Shown here: positions 9,499 to 21,800 of the stretch, one piece after another
Position numbering within the stretch: position 1 is the stretch's first letter
How the letters are laid out: the number at the start of each line of letters is the position of its first letter
Assembly: GCA_965229205.1 (NCBI GenBank)
Contig: CBDDIV010000003.1
Coordinates: forward strand, 2,363,576-2,427,575
Source of the DNA: Rhodoglobus sp.
GTDB lineage: Bacteria; Actinomycetota; Actinomycetes; Actinomycetales; Microbacteriaceae
Direction of reading: 5' to 3'
Length of the DNA: 64,000 bases
Program-made: the position numbers and the translations under genes
Notes under the pieces: model-generated
What the model was told of the DNA's origin: nothing
Databases searched by the model: none
Seen by the model: only the letters and a program-made list of their open reading frames with translations

Positions 9499-10698
9499 GT
9501 GGCCGAGAGAGCTGAAGTCGTGTTCGTCGATGGCGTGCGAACCCCGTTCGGTCGGGCCGGCGAGAAGGGGATGTTCTGGAACACCCGCGCCGATGATCTC
9601 GTCGTCAAGGCGATGATCGGGCTCCTCGAGCGCAACCCGCAGATTCCACAGGACCGCTATGACGATGTCGCCATCGCTGCGACCACCCAGCAGGGCGACC
9701 AGGGACTGACCCTCGGCCGCACGGCGGCGCTCCTCGCCGGTCTGCCCAAGTCCGTTCCCGGTTACGCGATCGACCGGATGTGCGCGGGAGCCATGACCTC
9801 GGTGACGACAATCGCGGGCGCAATCGCTTTCGGCGCCTACGACATCGGCATCGCCGGTGGAGTCGAGCACATGGGTCGCCACCCGATGGGCTTCGGAGCC
9901 GACCCGAACCCCCGCTTCCTCGCCGAGAAGCTCGTGAGCGCCGACGCGCTCAACATGGGCAACACCGCCGAACGAATCCACGACCGGTTTCCCCAGCTGA
10001 CCAAGGAGCGCGCCGACCGGTTCGCTCTCGCCAGCCAGCAGAAGGCAGCCGCCGCCTACGACAACGGCAAGATCCAGCCCGACCTCATTCCGGTCGCGAT
10101 CCGGAGTGAAGCTGGGTGGGGGCTCGCCACCCGTGACGAGGCCCTGCGCCCCGAGACCACGATGGAGGGGCTCGCAGGCCTGAAGACGCCGTTCCGCCCG
10201 CACGGTCGCGTCACCGCGGGCAACGCATCCGGCCTCAACGATGGCGCGACAGCGAGCATCCTCGCCAGCGCGGATGCCGCCAAGGAGTTCGGCCTGACCC
10301 CGAAGATGCGCATGGTGAGTTTCGCTTTCGCCGGGGTGGAACCCGAGATCATGGGCATCGGTCCGGTTCCCTCGACCGAGAAGGCCCTGCGCAAGGCGGG
10401 CCTGTCGATCGACGACATCGGCCTGTTCGAACTCAACGAGGCGTTCGCCGTGCAGGTGCTCTCACTACTCGACCACTTCGGTATCGCCGACGACGACCCC
10501 CGGGTGAACCAGTGGGGCGGCGCGATCGCGATGGGGCACCCCCTCGCGTCATCCGGTGTGCGACTCATGATCCAGCTCGCGGCCCAGTTCGCCGAGCGTC
10601 CCGACGTGCGCTACGGCCTCACGGCCATGTGCATCGGCCTCGGCCAGGGTGGCTCGGTCATCTGGGAGAACCCTCACTACACCGGAAAGAAGAAGTAG
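9499..10698 (+). CDS. fadA: Acetyl-CoA C-acyltransferase (thiolase)
   Basis: DRMCAG, ELNEAFA, GHPL and MCIGLGQG motifs. SD GGAGG before GTG 9499. Confidence 0.95.
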   Translation: MAERAEVVFVDGVRTPFGRAGEKGMFWNTRADDLVVKAMIGLLERNPQIPQDRYDDVAIAATTQQGDQGLTLGRTAALLAGLPKSVPGYAIDRMCAGAMTSVTTIAGAIAFGAYDIGIAGGVEHMGRHPMGFGADPNPRFLAEKLVSADALNMGNTAERIHDRFPQLTKERADRFALASQQKAAAAYDNGKIQPDLIPVAIRSEAGWGLATRDEALRPETTMEGLAGLKTPFRPHGRVTAGNASGLNDGATASILASADAAKEFGLTPKMRMVSFAFAGVEPEIMGIGPVPSTEKALRKAGLSIDDIGLFELNEAFAVQVLSLLDHFGIADDDPRVNQWGGAIAMGHPLASSGVRLMIQLAAQFAERPDVRYGLTAMCIGLGQGGSVIWENPHYTGKKK

Positions 10699-10700
10699 TC

Positions 10701-12839
10701 ATGGCGGCAGTCACTCCCGCGGAAAGGTTCGCGAAGCTCGCGGCTCTCGACCCCGACGAGGTCATCACGCACTCCTTCGTGCGGGACATTCCGATCTCCG
10801 GCGGCAAGACCCTCGCCCTCATCACGCTCGACAACGGCAAGGACCACACCCGGCCCAACACGCTGGGCCCGAACACCCTGCTGCGTTTCGCCGAGGTTCT
10901 CGACGAGCAGGCGGCGCGCGCGAAGAAGGGCGAGATCCACGGCGTCGCCGTCACGGGCAAGCCGTTCATCTTCGCGGCCGGGGCCGATCTCTCGAAGGTC
11001 AACGACATCCCGGACTATGAAACCGGCAAGCAGATGGCCCAGCTGGGGCACTGGTCGCTGGGCAAGCTCGCAGAGCTCGGCGTGCCCTCGTTCGTCTTCA
11101 CCAACGGGCTCGCGCTCGGTGGTGGCGTGGAGGTCGGCCTCAACGCCGACTACCGCACGATCGACAGCTCCGCGGCGGCGTTCGCGCTGCCCGAGGTGTT
11201 CCTCGGACTGATCCCGGGTTGGGGCGGCGCGTGGCTGCTGCCCAACCTCATCGGTATCGAGAACGCCCTCGAGGTCATCATCTCGAACCCGCTCAAGAAC
11301 AACCGGATGCTCAGCGCCCAGCAGGCCTTCGACCTCGGCATCGCCGACGCGATCTTCCCGCCAGCCAACTTCCTCGAGGATTCGATCACGTGGGCAGACT
11401 CCGTGATCTCGGGCAAGACCAAGGTCAAGCGCAAGAATGAGCCGGGCAAGCTCGAGCGCCTGGCCAAGTGGGACATCGCCATCGGCATCGCGGAGAAGAC
11501 CCTCGCGAGCCGCATCGGACGCGTCGCCCACTCCCCCTACAAGGCCCTCGAGCTCATCAAGGCCGCCAAGAACACCGACAAGAAGACGGGCTTCGCCGCC
11601 GAGGATGACGCCCTGGCCGACCTCGTCGCGGGTGACCAGTTCCGCGCCAGCATCTACGCCTTCAACCTGGTGCAGAAGCGCGCCAAGCGTCCTGCCGGGG
11701 CTCCCGACAAGGCTCTCGCGCGCCCGGTGACCAAGGTCGGCGTGATCGGCGCAGGCCTCATGGCCCGCCAGTTCGCGCTGCTCTTCGTGCGCCGCCTGCA
11801 GGTGCCGGTGGTCATCACCGACCTCGATCAGACGCGCGTCGACGAGGGCGTCGCCTACATCCACAAGGAGATCGACGACCTGCTCGGCAAGGGTCGTATC
11901 TCCGGCGACGAATCCAACCGCCTCAAGGCGCTCGTCAGTGGAACCACCGACAAGTCCGACTTCGCCGACTGCGACTGGGTCATCGAGGCCATCTTCGAGG
12001 AGCTCGAGGCCAAGCAGGCTGTCTTCGCGGAGGTGGAGAAGTTCATCACGCCCGAGGCGATCCTCGCGACCAACACGTCGTCGCTGTCGGTCGAGCAGAT
12101 CGGCGCGAAGCTGAAGAACCCCGAGCGGGTGGTGGGTTTCCACTTCTTCAACCCGGTCGCCGTGATGCCGCTCATCGAGGTCGTGCGCACCCCGCACACC
12201 ACGGATGAGACGCTCGCCACCGCGATGGCGACGGCGGCGAAGCTGCGCAAGAACGCGGTCATCACGAAGGACACCCCCGGGTTCGTCGTCAACCGCATCC
12301 TCGCCAAGGTGCTGGGCGAGGCCATGCACGCCGTCGACACCGGCACGCCGTTCGAGGTCGTCGAGGAGTCGACGCGGCCGTTCGGTCTTCCGATGACCCC
12401 GTTCGAGCTGCTCGAACTCGTGGGTCTCAAGGTCGGCGCGCACGTGCTCGACACCCACCACAAGGCGTTCCCCGATCGCTTCTTCGAGAGCGAGAACCTG
12501 CACAAGCTCGCCGAACTGGGGCACATCTTCGAGCGCGACGCCAAGGGCAAGGTCAAGGGCATCGACAAGAAGGCTCTCGACATCGTCAAGGGCGGAACCA
12601 CCCCGATGACAGCCCAGGAGCTCCAGACCCGGATCGAGGATGGCCTGGCCGACGAGATCCACCGCATGCTCGAGGATAAGGTCGTGGAGGCTGCCGAGGA
12701 CATCGACCTCTGCCTCATCCTCGGCGCGGGCTACCCGTTCCAGATGGGTGGCGCGACCCCGTACCTCGATCGCTCGGGAGCGTCCGAGCGGGCATTCGGC
12801 GACACGTTCCACCACCCGCCGATCCGCGGGGTCAAGTAG
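10701..12839 (+). CDS. fadB: Fatty-acid oxidation multifunctional enzyme (enoyl-CoA hydratase / 3-hydroxyacyl-CoA dehydrogenase)
   Basis: Crotonase domain (AGADL, GGGVE, LPEV), Rossmann GAGLMA, NTSSL and HFFNP motifs. Confidence 0.93.
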   Translation: MAAVTPAERFAKLAALDPDEVITHSFVRDIPISGGKTLALITLDNGKDHTRPNTLGPNTLLRFAEVLDEQAARAKKGEIHGVAVTGKPFIFAAGADLSKVNDIPDYETGKQMAQLGHWSLGKLAELGVPSFVFTNGLALGGGVEVGLNADYRTIDSSAAAFALPEVFLGLIPGWGGAWLLPNLIGIENALEVIISNPLKNNRMLSAQQAFDLGIADAIFPPANFLEDSITWADSVISGKTKVKRKNEPGKLERLAKWDIAIGIAEKTLASRIGRVAHSPYKALELIKAAKNTDKKTGFAAEDDALADLVAGDQFRASIYAFNLVQKRAKRPAGAPDKALARPVTKVGVIGAGLMARQFALLFVRRLQVPVVITDLDQTRVDEGVAYIHKEIDDLLGKGRISGDESNRLKALVSGTTDKSDFADCDWVIEAIFEELEAKQAVFAEVEKFITPEAILATNTSSLSVEQIGAKLKNPERVVGFHFFNPVAVMPLIEVVRTPHTTDETLATAMATAAKLRKNAVITKDTPGFVVNRILAKVLGEAMHAVDTGTPFEVVEESTRPFGLPMTPFELLELVGLKVGAHVLDTHHKAFPDRFFESENLHKLAELGHIFERDAKGKVKGIDKKALDIVKGGTTPMTAQELQTRIEDGLADEIHRMLEDKVVEAAEDIDLCLILGAGYPFQMGGATPYLDRSGASERAFGDTFHHPPIRGVK

Positions 12840-12844
12840 AACAA

Positions 12845-12926
12845 GCGCTGGTTGAGTAGCACCAGAGGCGCGTATCGAAACCGCACGAGGGATTTCGATA
12901 CGCGCTTCGCGCTACTCAATCAGCGC
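12845..12926. repeat. REP-like long imperfect palindrome
   Basis: GCGCTGGTTGAGTAGC..GCGCGTATCGAAAC / GATTTCGATACGCGC..GCTACTCAATCAGCGC form two nested inverted arm pairs between convergent fadB and the decarboxylase gene. Confidence 0.8.
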
Positions 12927-14596
12927 GAGGTACGAGCGTTCGCCGCTGCTGCGGCTTCGGCCACCTTCGTGAGCAGCGGTGGCACGTCGAGCGGGTCGAC
13001 GACCGCCTCGATGAAGGTCAGGATGCCCGGCTCACCCTCGGCCGCCGCCAGCGCACCCGACAGCTCAGCCGCCGTCTCCACCCGCACCGACCGCACGGCG
13101 TCGGGGCTCGCGCCGAACGCCCACGGCAGGTCCGCCCAGCGCCAGCGAGCGATGTCGTTGTAGCGGCGACCGGGGCCGTGGATGGCACGCTCGACCGTGT
13201 AGCCGTCGTTGTTGACCACGAGGATGATGCCGGGGATGCGCATCCGGATGATCGAACCCAGCTCGGCAATGCTTAACTGAGCCGCCCCGTCACCGATCAC
13301 GAGCACCGGCCGCCGCTCCGGCGCGGCGAGTGCGCCGCCCAGTACCGCGGGCAGGGTGTAGCCGATGGATGCCCAGAGCGGCTGCCCGATGAACAGCACG
13401 TCGTGAGGCATCCGGTGCGCTCCCAGCCCGTAGAACGCGGTTCCCTGGTCGGCGAAGACCAGATCCCCGGGCCGCAGCGCGTCGGTCACCACGTGCCAGA
13501 GGTCCGCCTGCGTGAGCGGCTCGTGGGTGGGCACTGGCTCGACCGCGGGAGCGACTCCGGGTCCGCCGTGCCGCCGATGCCCTGCCCCGAGGATCCGGGT
13601 GAGCACGGCGAGGCCGTCCCGCATCTCGATACCCGGGAAGGTCTGCCCCGCGACGGTCGCCGTGTGGGGAAGCAGATCCACCCGGTGCGCGTCATCCAGA
13701 TGCTGGGTGAAGAAGCCGCTCGTCAGATCGGTGAAGTGCACGCCGACGGTGATGAGTCGCGCCGCCGACTCGACCGCGCGCCGCACTCCGGGCTCGCTCG
13801 CTGCGCCGATGTAGGTGCCGAGGAACCTCTCGTCGCTCTCGTCGATCACGCGTCGACCCCACAGGAGGCAGGCGAAGTCCAGATCGGCCGAACCGAGAAG
13901 CTCGTGCAGCTGCGACTCGGCGTGGCAGCGGTCCACGAGGATGTCCGCCAGCACGATCGGCCTCGGTGCGTCGGCGAGCAGTGCCCGTGCGGCGGCCTCG
14001 AAGGCGCTCAGGGAAGCGGCATCCGAGTCGGGAGGATCGATCGCGAGGGCTCTGCTCGGCGGCGAGGAGGGCGCCTCGCCGACGTCGGTGGGCAGGGAGA
14101 GGTACCCCGGCTGAGAGGACTGCACGATAGCGGTGAGTACACGGTCGATCTCGGCCTCGGCGCCGACGAGCGGCACCATGGACTGCGCGACGGTCACCTC
14201 CCCGGTCATGCGCAGGGTGTGGCCGAAGTCCCCGTCGCCCAGGCTGTGGTGAGTGGCCCGCCCCGCCGACTGCACGAGCGTCGAGGGAGAGCCCACCAAG
14301 TGCAGCAGTGGCACGTGCTCCGCGTAGGCGCCGGCGACCGCGTTGGTGGCGCTCAGCTCCCCCACGCCGAAGGTCGTGCAGACCACGCCGAGCCCCCGCA
14401 GGCGGGCGTATCCGTCGGCGGCATACCCCGCACCCAGCTCGTTGGCCATGCCGACCCACTCGATTCGGTCATCGTCATCGACGTGGTCGAGGAGAGCTAG
14501 CGTGAAGTCGCCGGGGACTCCGAAGATGCGGTCGACGCCGAGCTCGGCGAGCCGGTCGAGCAGGTAGTCGCTGACCGTGTACCGCTCGGCGGTCAT
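12920..14596 (-). CDS. TPP-dependent alpha-keto acid decarboxylase (pyruvate/indolepyruvate decarboxylase family)
   Basis: FGVPGDF, NELGAGYAADGYAR, HHSLG, WASIGY, GDGAAQL...NNDGYTVER motifs. ATGA overlap with the dxs stop. Confidence 0.92.
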   Translation of the reverse strand: MTAERYTVSDYLLDRLAELGVDRIFGVPGDFTLALLDHVDDDDRIEWVGMANELGAGYAADGYARLRGLGVVCTTFGVGELSATNAVAGAYAEHVPLLHLVGSPSTLVQSAGRATHHSLGDGDFGHTLRMTGEVTVAQSMVPLVGAEAEIDRVLTAIVQSSQPGYLSLPTDVGEAPSSPPSRALAIDPPDSDAASLSAFEAAARALLADAPRPIVLADILVDRCHAESQLHELLGSADLDFACLLWGRRVIDESDERFLGTYIGAASEPGVRRAVESAARLITVGVHFTDLTSGFFTQHLDDAHRVDLLPHTATVAGQTFPGIEMRDGLAVLTRILGAGHRRHGGPGVAPAVEPVPTHEPLTQADLWHVVTDALRPGDLVFADQGTAFYGLGAHRMPHDVLFIGQPLWASIGYTLPAVLGGALAAPERRPVLVIGDGAAQLSIAELGSIIRMRIPGIILVVNNDGYTVERAIHGPGRRYNDIARWRWADLPWAFGASPDAVRSVRVETAAELSGALAAAEGEPGILTFIEAVVDPLDVPPLLTKVAEAAAAANARTSR

Positions 14597-16533
14597 TTCT
14601 CGGGAACGCGCTCGGATGCGGTGAGCTCGGCCGGAAGCGGACGCGCCACCGGGATCTTGCTGCCCAGCACCTGGGCGACGACGTCGCGAGCGATCGCCTG
14701 CGGTGTGAGCCCGACCTGCTCGAGCAGGTACTCCCGACTACCGTGCTCGAGGAACTGGTCGGGCAGGCCGAGCTCGTTGACGGCCGTGTCCACGCCCGCG
14801 GCCCTCATGTCCTGCCGGATGCGGGTGCCGATGCCGCCCACGCGAACGCCGTCCTCGATCGTGATGACGAGCCGGTGCTCGGCCGCGAAGGTGATGACGC
14901 TCGCCGGCACGGGCACGACCCAGCGCGGGTCGATGACCGTCGCGCCGATCCCCTGCGCGGCCAGGCGCTCGGCAACCTGGAGGCCGATCTTCGCCATCGG
15001 GCCGACGGTCACGATGAGGACATCCTTGTGGGGCGCCTCGCGGAGAACATCCACACCGTCGTCGGTGCGACGGATGGTCTCGTACTCGATGCCGACACTG
15101 CCCTTGGAGAAGCGCACGACGGTGGGCGCGTCATCCACGGCGACCGCCTCGCCCAGCTCTTCACGAAGTCGCGTCGCGTCACGGGGGGCCGCGATACGGA
15201 TGTCCGGCACGACCTGCAGGATCGCAAGATCCCACATGCCGTGGTGGCTCGCCCCGTCGGGGCCGGTGACTCCGGCGCGATCGAGCACGAAGGTGACGCC
15301 GGCCTTGTGCAGCGCGACATCCATCAGCACCTGATCGAAGGCGCGGTTGACGAACGTCGCGTACAGCGCCACCACCGGGTGCAGGCCGCCGAAGGCGAGA
15401 CCTGCAGCGGATGTCACGGCGTGCTGCTCCGCGATGCCGACGTCGAGCACGCGGTCCGGGTACTTCTCCGCGAACTTGTGGAGGCCCGTGGGACGCAGCA
15501 TCGCGGCGGTGATTCCCACCAGGCGCGGGTTGCGATCGGCGAGTTGGACGATCTCGTCGGCGAACACGTTGGTCCACGAGGGCTTGCTGGCGACCTCGAT
15601 CGGCTCCCCCGTCTCGGGATCGATCTGGCCGACCGCGTGGAACTGGTCGGCCGTATCGAGCAGGGCTGGCTGGTAGCCGCGGCCCTTCTCGGTGATCGCA
15701 TGCACGATCACCGGCGCCCCGTAGTTCTTCGCTTGTTGGAGAACTTCGACGAGGGCGTTCAGGTCGTGACCGTGAACCGGACCGAGGTACTTGATGTCGA
15801 GGTTGGAGTACAGGGCCTCGTTGTTGCTGAAGCGCGACAGGAACCCGTGCAGGCCACCACGCAGACCGCGGTACAGAGCGCGACCCGGCCCACCGAACTT
15901 GTCGAACACCTTGCGGCTGGTCGAGTACAGGCTGCGGTAGGAGCGCCGAGTGCGCACATCGTTGAGGAAGTGCGCCATGCCACCGATCGTGGGCGCGTAG
16001 GAGCGCCCGTTGTCGTTGACGACGATCACCAGGTTGCGACTGTTGTCGTCGCTGATGTTGTTCAGGGCCTCCCAGGTCATGCCGCCCGTGAGAGCACCGT
16101 CGCCGACCACAGCCACAACGTGGCGGTCGGTCTGGCCGGTCATCGTGAAAGCACGGGAGATTCCATCCGCCCACGACAACGAACTCGACGCGTGCGAACT
16201 CTCCACGATGTCGTGGGGAGACTCGGAGCGCTGGGGGTAGCCGGCGAGACCGCCCTCCTGGCGGAGTCGGCTGAAGTCCTGACGGCCGGTGAGCAGCTTG
16301 TGCACGTAGCTCTGGTGGCCGGTGTCGAACACGATCGAATCCTTGGGTGAGTCGAACACCTTGTGGATCGCGATAGTGAGCTCGACAACACCCAGGTTGG
16401 GACCGAGGTGCCCCCCGGTCTTCGAGACCTCGCGCACGAGGAACTCACGCACCTCCGCAGCCAGCTCGACCAACTGGGCGGGCGTGAGCTCGTCGAGGTC
16501 GCGAGGACCGTGGATACGCTCCAGCAGAGTCAT
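14593..16533 (-). CDS. dxs: 1-deoxy-D-xylulose-5-phosphate synthase
   Basis: GGHLGPNLG, DTGHQ, GDGALTGG..N, DVGIAEQH and DGASHHG motifs. Confidence 0.97.
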   Translation of the reverse strand: MTLLERIHGPRDLDELTPAQLVELAAEVREFLVREVSKTGGHLGPNLGVVELTIAIHKVFDSPKDSIVFDTGHQSYVHKLLTGRQDFSRLRQEGGLAGYPQRSESPHDIVESSHASSSLSWADGISRAFTMTGQTDRHVVAVVGDGALTGGMTWEALNNISDDNSRNLVIVVNDNGRSYAPTIGGMAHFLNDVRTRRSYRSLYSTSRKVFDKFGGPGRALYRGLRGGLHGFLSRFSNNEALYSNLDIKYLGPVHGHDLNALVEVLQQAKNYGAPVIVHAITEKGRGYQPALLDTADQFHAVGQIDPETGEPIEVASKPSWTNVFADEIVQLADRNPRLVGITAAMLRPTGLHKFAEKYPDRVLDVGIAEQHAVTSAAGLAFGGLHPVVALYATFVNRAFDQVLMDVALHKAGVTFVLDRAGVTGPDGASHHGMWDLAILQVVPDIRIAAPRDATRLREELGEAVAVDDAPTVVRFSKGSVGIEYETIRRTDDGVDVLREAPHKDVLIVTVGPMAKIGLQVAERLAAQGIGATVIDPRWVVPVPASVITFAAEHRLVITIEDGVRVGGIGTRIRQDMRAAGVDTAVNELGLPDQFLEHGSREYLLEQVGLTPQAIARDVVAQVLGSKIPVARPLPAELTASERVPEK

Positions 16534-16542
16534 GGTCTCAGC

Positions 16543-19359
<2,817 letters not shown>

Positions 19360-19424
19360 TGTCGTCTCCCTTGCTGACCTTGCGACAATCCTTGCACGGA
19401 TGCCCCGCACCGTTCCGCCGAAAC

Positions 19425-19442
19425 TATCTTGACGTCAAGATA
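19425..19442. promoter_or_regulatory. Perfect 18-bp palindromic operator in the acnA promoter
   Basis: TATCTTGAC|GTCAAGATA is a perfect inverted repeat, directly downstream of a minus-strand TAGATT -10 (19448-19443). Confidence 0.75.
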
Positions 19443-19451
19443 AATCTAGCA

Positions 19452-21800
19452 TCACTCCCGGTCGAAGATCAGACCGCGCGAACGGGCGACGCGGTAGGTC
19501 AATTCGATTCCCGCCGCACCCAGACAGCCGAGCGCGATGCCGACAGCGAGAGGTGCGTCGAACTGCTGGTGCATGGCGAAGAAGTCGCGCGCGAACGGGA
19601 CGGTGTTGGCGAGAACGAACAGCAGGAGCATCGCCGACAGCAACAGGGAACGCCAGCGGTCGAGTGGCCTCGACAGCACGCAGAGTATCCAGAAGGCGAC
19701 GATCCACAGCGCGATTGTAGTGATCGATCGAGCCTCATCCTGCGGCACCCACTGGCGCACGATCGCGTTCGTCGCGAACGCGATGCCGGCGGCAATCGTG
19801 CCCGTGGGCACGGCGTAGCGCAGAAGCCGTGACAGGATGCCCGGATGGTAGATCCGACGGTTCGGAGCCAGCGCGAGGAAGAACGCGGGAATGCCGATGG
19901 TGAGCGTCGAGACCAGGGTGAGCTGACGGGGCAGGAAGGGGAATTCCCACAGCAGAACCGCGAACACGAGGGCGAACAGGATGCCGTAGGTCGTCTTCGC
20001 GAGGAACAGATTCGCGACGCGCTCCACGTTCGCGATCACCTGCCGCCCGTACAGCAGCACATTGGGGAGCCGACCGAACTCGTTGTCGAGGAGTACCACC
20101 CTGGCGACAGCCTTCGATGCCGACGTGCCCGAGCCCATCGCGATGCCGAGATCGGCGTCCTTGATCGCCATTGCGTCGTTCACACCGTCGCCGGTCATCG
20201 CGACGGTGTGGCCGTCCTCCTGCAGCACGCGCACCATGGCCCGCTTCTGGTCAGGGGTGACACGGCCGAAGATGCTGTGCTCGGCCAGTGCCGAGCGCAG
20301 TGCGGCGTCATCCGTCAGGGTGCGCGCATCGACCGAGCTCGACCCGACCCCCAGGCCGTCGGCGAGGGCGGCGACGGTCGTCGGGTTGTCGCCGGAGATG
20401 ATCACGCAGCGCACGCCCTGCTCGGCGAAGTAGCCGAGGGTGGCGGCGGCGTCCGGTCGAACTGTCTCGCCGAAGAGCAGCAGCGCGACGGGGTGCAGCG
20501 TGAGATCGTCGAGCACGAGGTCATCGGCCTCGGGGAGATGGCCCTCGACCCGCACGACCGCGAGTGTGCGAGTTCCCTCGCCGGCGTGAACGGCGGCGCG
20601 GGCCTGATGCTCACCCGACAGCAATCGCTCGGGCGCCCCCAGCAGCCAGCGTGATTCCTCACCGTCGAGCGCGAGCTCGAGTGCGCTGAAGGCGCGCGAG
20701 CTTGCGAACGGTATGCGTCGAATGGCTGTGGCCGCCGTAGGAGGGAAGTGGGTCGTCAGAGCTCGCGCCGTCGCGTTGGCGGCGTCGTCGTGGCCGAACA
20801 GTCCGAGGGCGGCCTCGAGGCGCGGATCGTCCGAGAAGAGCTCGAAGGTGCGGTACGCGACATCCCCGCTGGTCAACGTTCCGGTCTTGTCGAGGCACAG
20901 CACATCGACGCGGGCGAGAATCTCTACCGCCGCCAGTTCCTGAATCAGCACACGCTGACGGGCAAGACGGATGGCCGCGACCCCGAAGGTCAGGCTGATG
21001 AGCAGAACGAGACCCTCGGGGATCATTCCCACCACGCTCGCAACGACATCGAGCAGTGCCGTACGCCAGCGACCGTCGCCGAGCGCGGCGAGACTGAATC
21101 CGTTGCCGTAGGTGAGCATCCGGCTGCCGACGACCACGAGCACGATCGGACCGAGAATCCACGAAATGTAGACGAGGATGCGATTGGTCGCCGCGCGCAG
21201 CTCCGAATGCGCGAGCGAGTGTCGCCGAATCTCGGAGGTCAGCCGGTTGGCGTACGAGTCAGCACCCACCGCCGTGACCAGCACCAGCGCGGTTCCGCTG
21301 GACACTAGGGCGCCCGACATGACCGTGTCGCCCACGGACTTCGCGATGGGCTCCGACTCACCGGTCAGCAGCGACTCGTTCACCGTCAGGTCGGTGCCCT
21401 CCAGCACCCTGCCGTCGGCGACGATCTGATCGCCAGCGCGCAAAACCACGATGTCGTCGAGCACCACCTGCGCCGGTGACAGGATGACGGTTTCGCCGTC
21501 ACGCCTGACCGCGACGGTCGGCGACGCGAGAAGTGCGAGCCGGTCGAGGGAGATCTTGGCCCGCAGCTCCTGAACGATTCCGATCAACGAGTTGGCGACG
21601 ACAATCCCGTAGAACAGACCGTCCCTCAGATCACCGAACAGGATGATCGCGAGAAAGCAGGCGGTCAGGATCGCATTGAACAGCGTGAATACGTTGTCCC
21701 GGATGATGAACCAGAGGGGTCGGGAGGTCGTCTGTCGCGTCGCATTGCTCTGGCCGCGCGCGACGCGCTCGGCTACCTCACTCGGGCTCAGGCCGCGCAT
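19452..21800 (-). CDS. Cation-transporting P-type ATPase (CtpE-like)
   Basis: TGES, PEGL, DKTGTLT, SGDNP and TGDGVND motifs with multiple C-terminal TM helices. Substrate cannot be assigned from sequence. Confidence 0.92.
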   Translation of the reverse strand: MRGLSPSEVAERVARGQSNATRQTTSRPLWFIIRDNVFTLFNAILTACFLAIILFGDLRDGLFYGIVVANSLIGIVQELRAKISLDRLALLASPTVAVRRDGETVILSPAQVVLDDIVVLRAGDQIVADGRVLEGTDLTVNESLLTGESEPIAKSVGDTVMSGALVSSGTALVLVTAVGADSYANRLTSEIRRHSLAHSELRAATNRILVYISWILGPIVLVVVGSRMLTYGNGFSLAALGDGRWRTALLDVVASVVGMIPEGLVLLISLTFGVAAIRLARQRVLIQELAAVEILARVDVLCLDKTGTLTSGDVAYRTFELFSDDPRLEAALGLFGHDDAANATARALTTHFPPTAATAIRRIPFASSRAFSALELALDGEESRWLLGAPERLLSGEHQARAAVHAGEGTRTLAVVRVEGHLPEADDLVLDDLTLHPVALLLFGETVRPDAAATLGYFAEQGVRCVIISGDNPTTVAALADGLGVGSSSVDARTLTDDAALRSALAEHSIFGRVTPDQKRAMVRVLQEDGHTVAMTGDGVNDAMAIKDADLGIAMGSGTSASKAVARVVLLDNEFGRLPNVLLYGRQVIANVERVANLFLAKTTYGILFALVFAVLLWEFPFLPRQLTLVSTLTIGIPAFFLALAPNRRIYHPGILSRLLRYAVPTGTIAAGIAFATNAIVRQWVPQDEARSITTIALWIVAFWILCVLSRPLDRWRSLLLSAMLLLFVLANTVPFARDFFAMHQQFDAPLAVGIALGCLGAAGIELTYRVARSRGLIFDRE

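Noticed and set aside
10677-12815. 712-aa antisense ORF over fadB (similar ones lie over dxs 14743-16350, acnA 16363-18129 and lpdA 40976-42124)
   Set aside because: Exact antisense mirrors of strongly GC3-biased genes, which rarely generate stops on the opposite strand. No motifs or SD.
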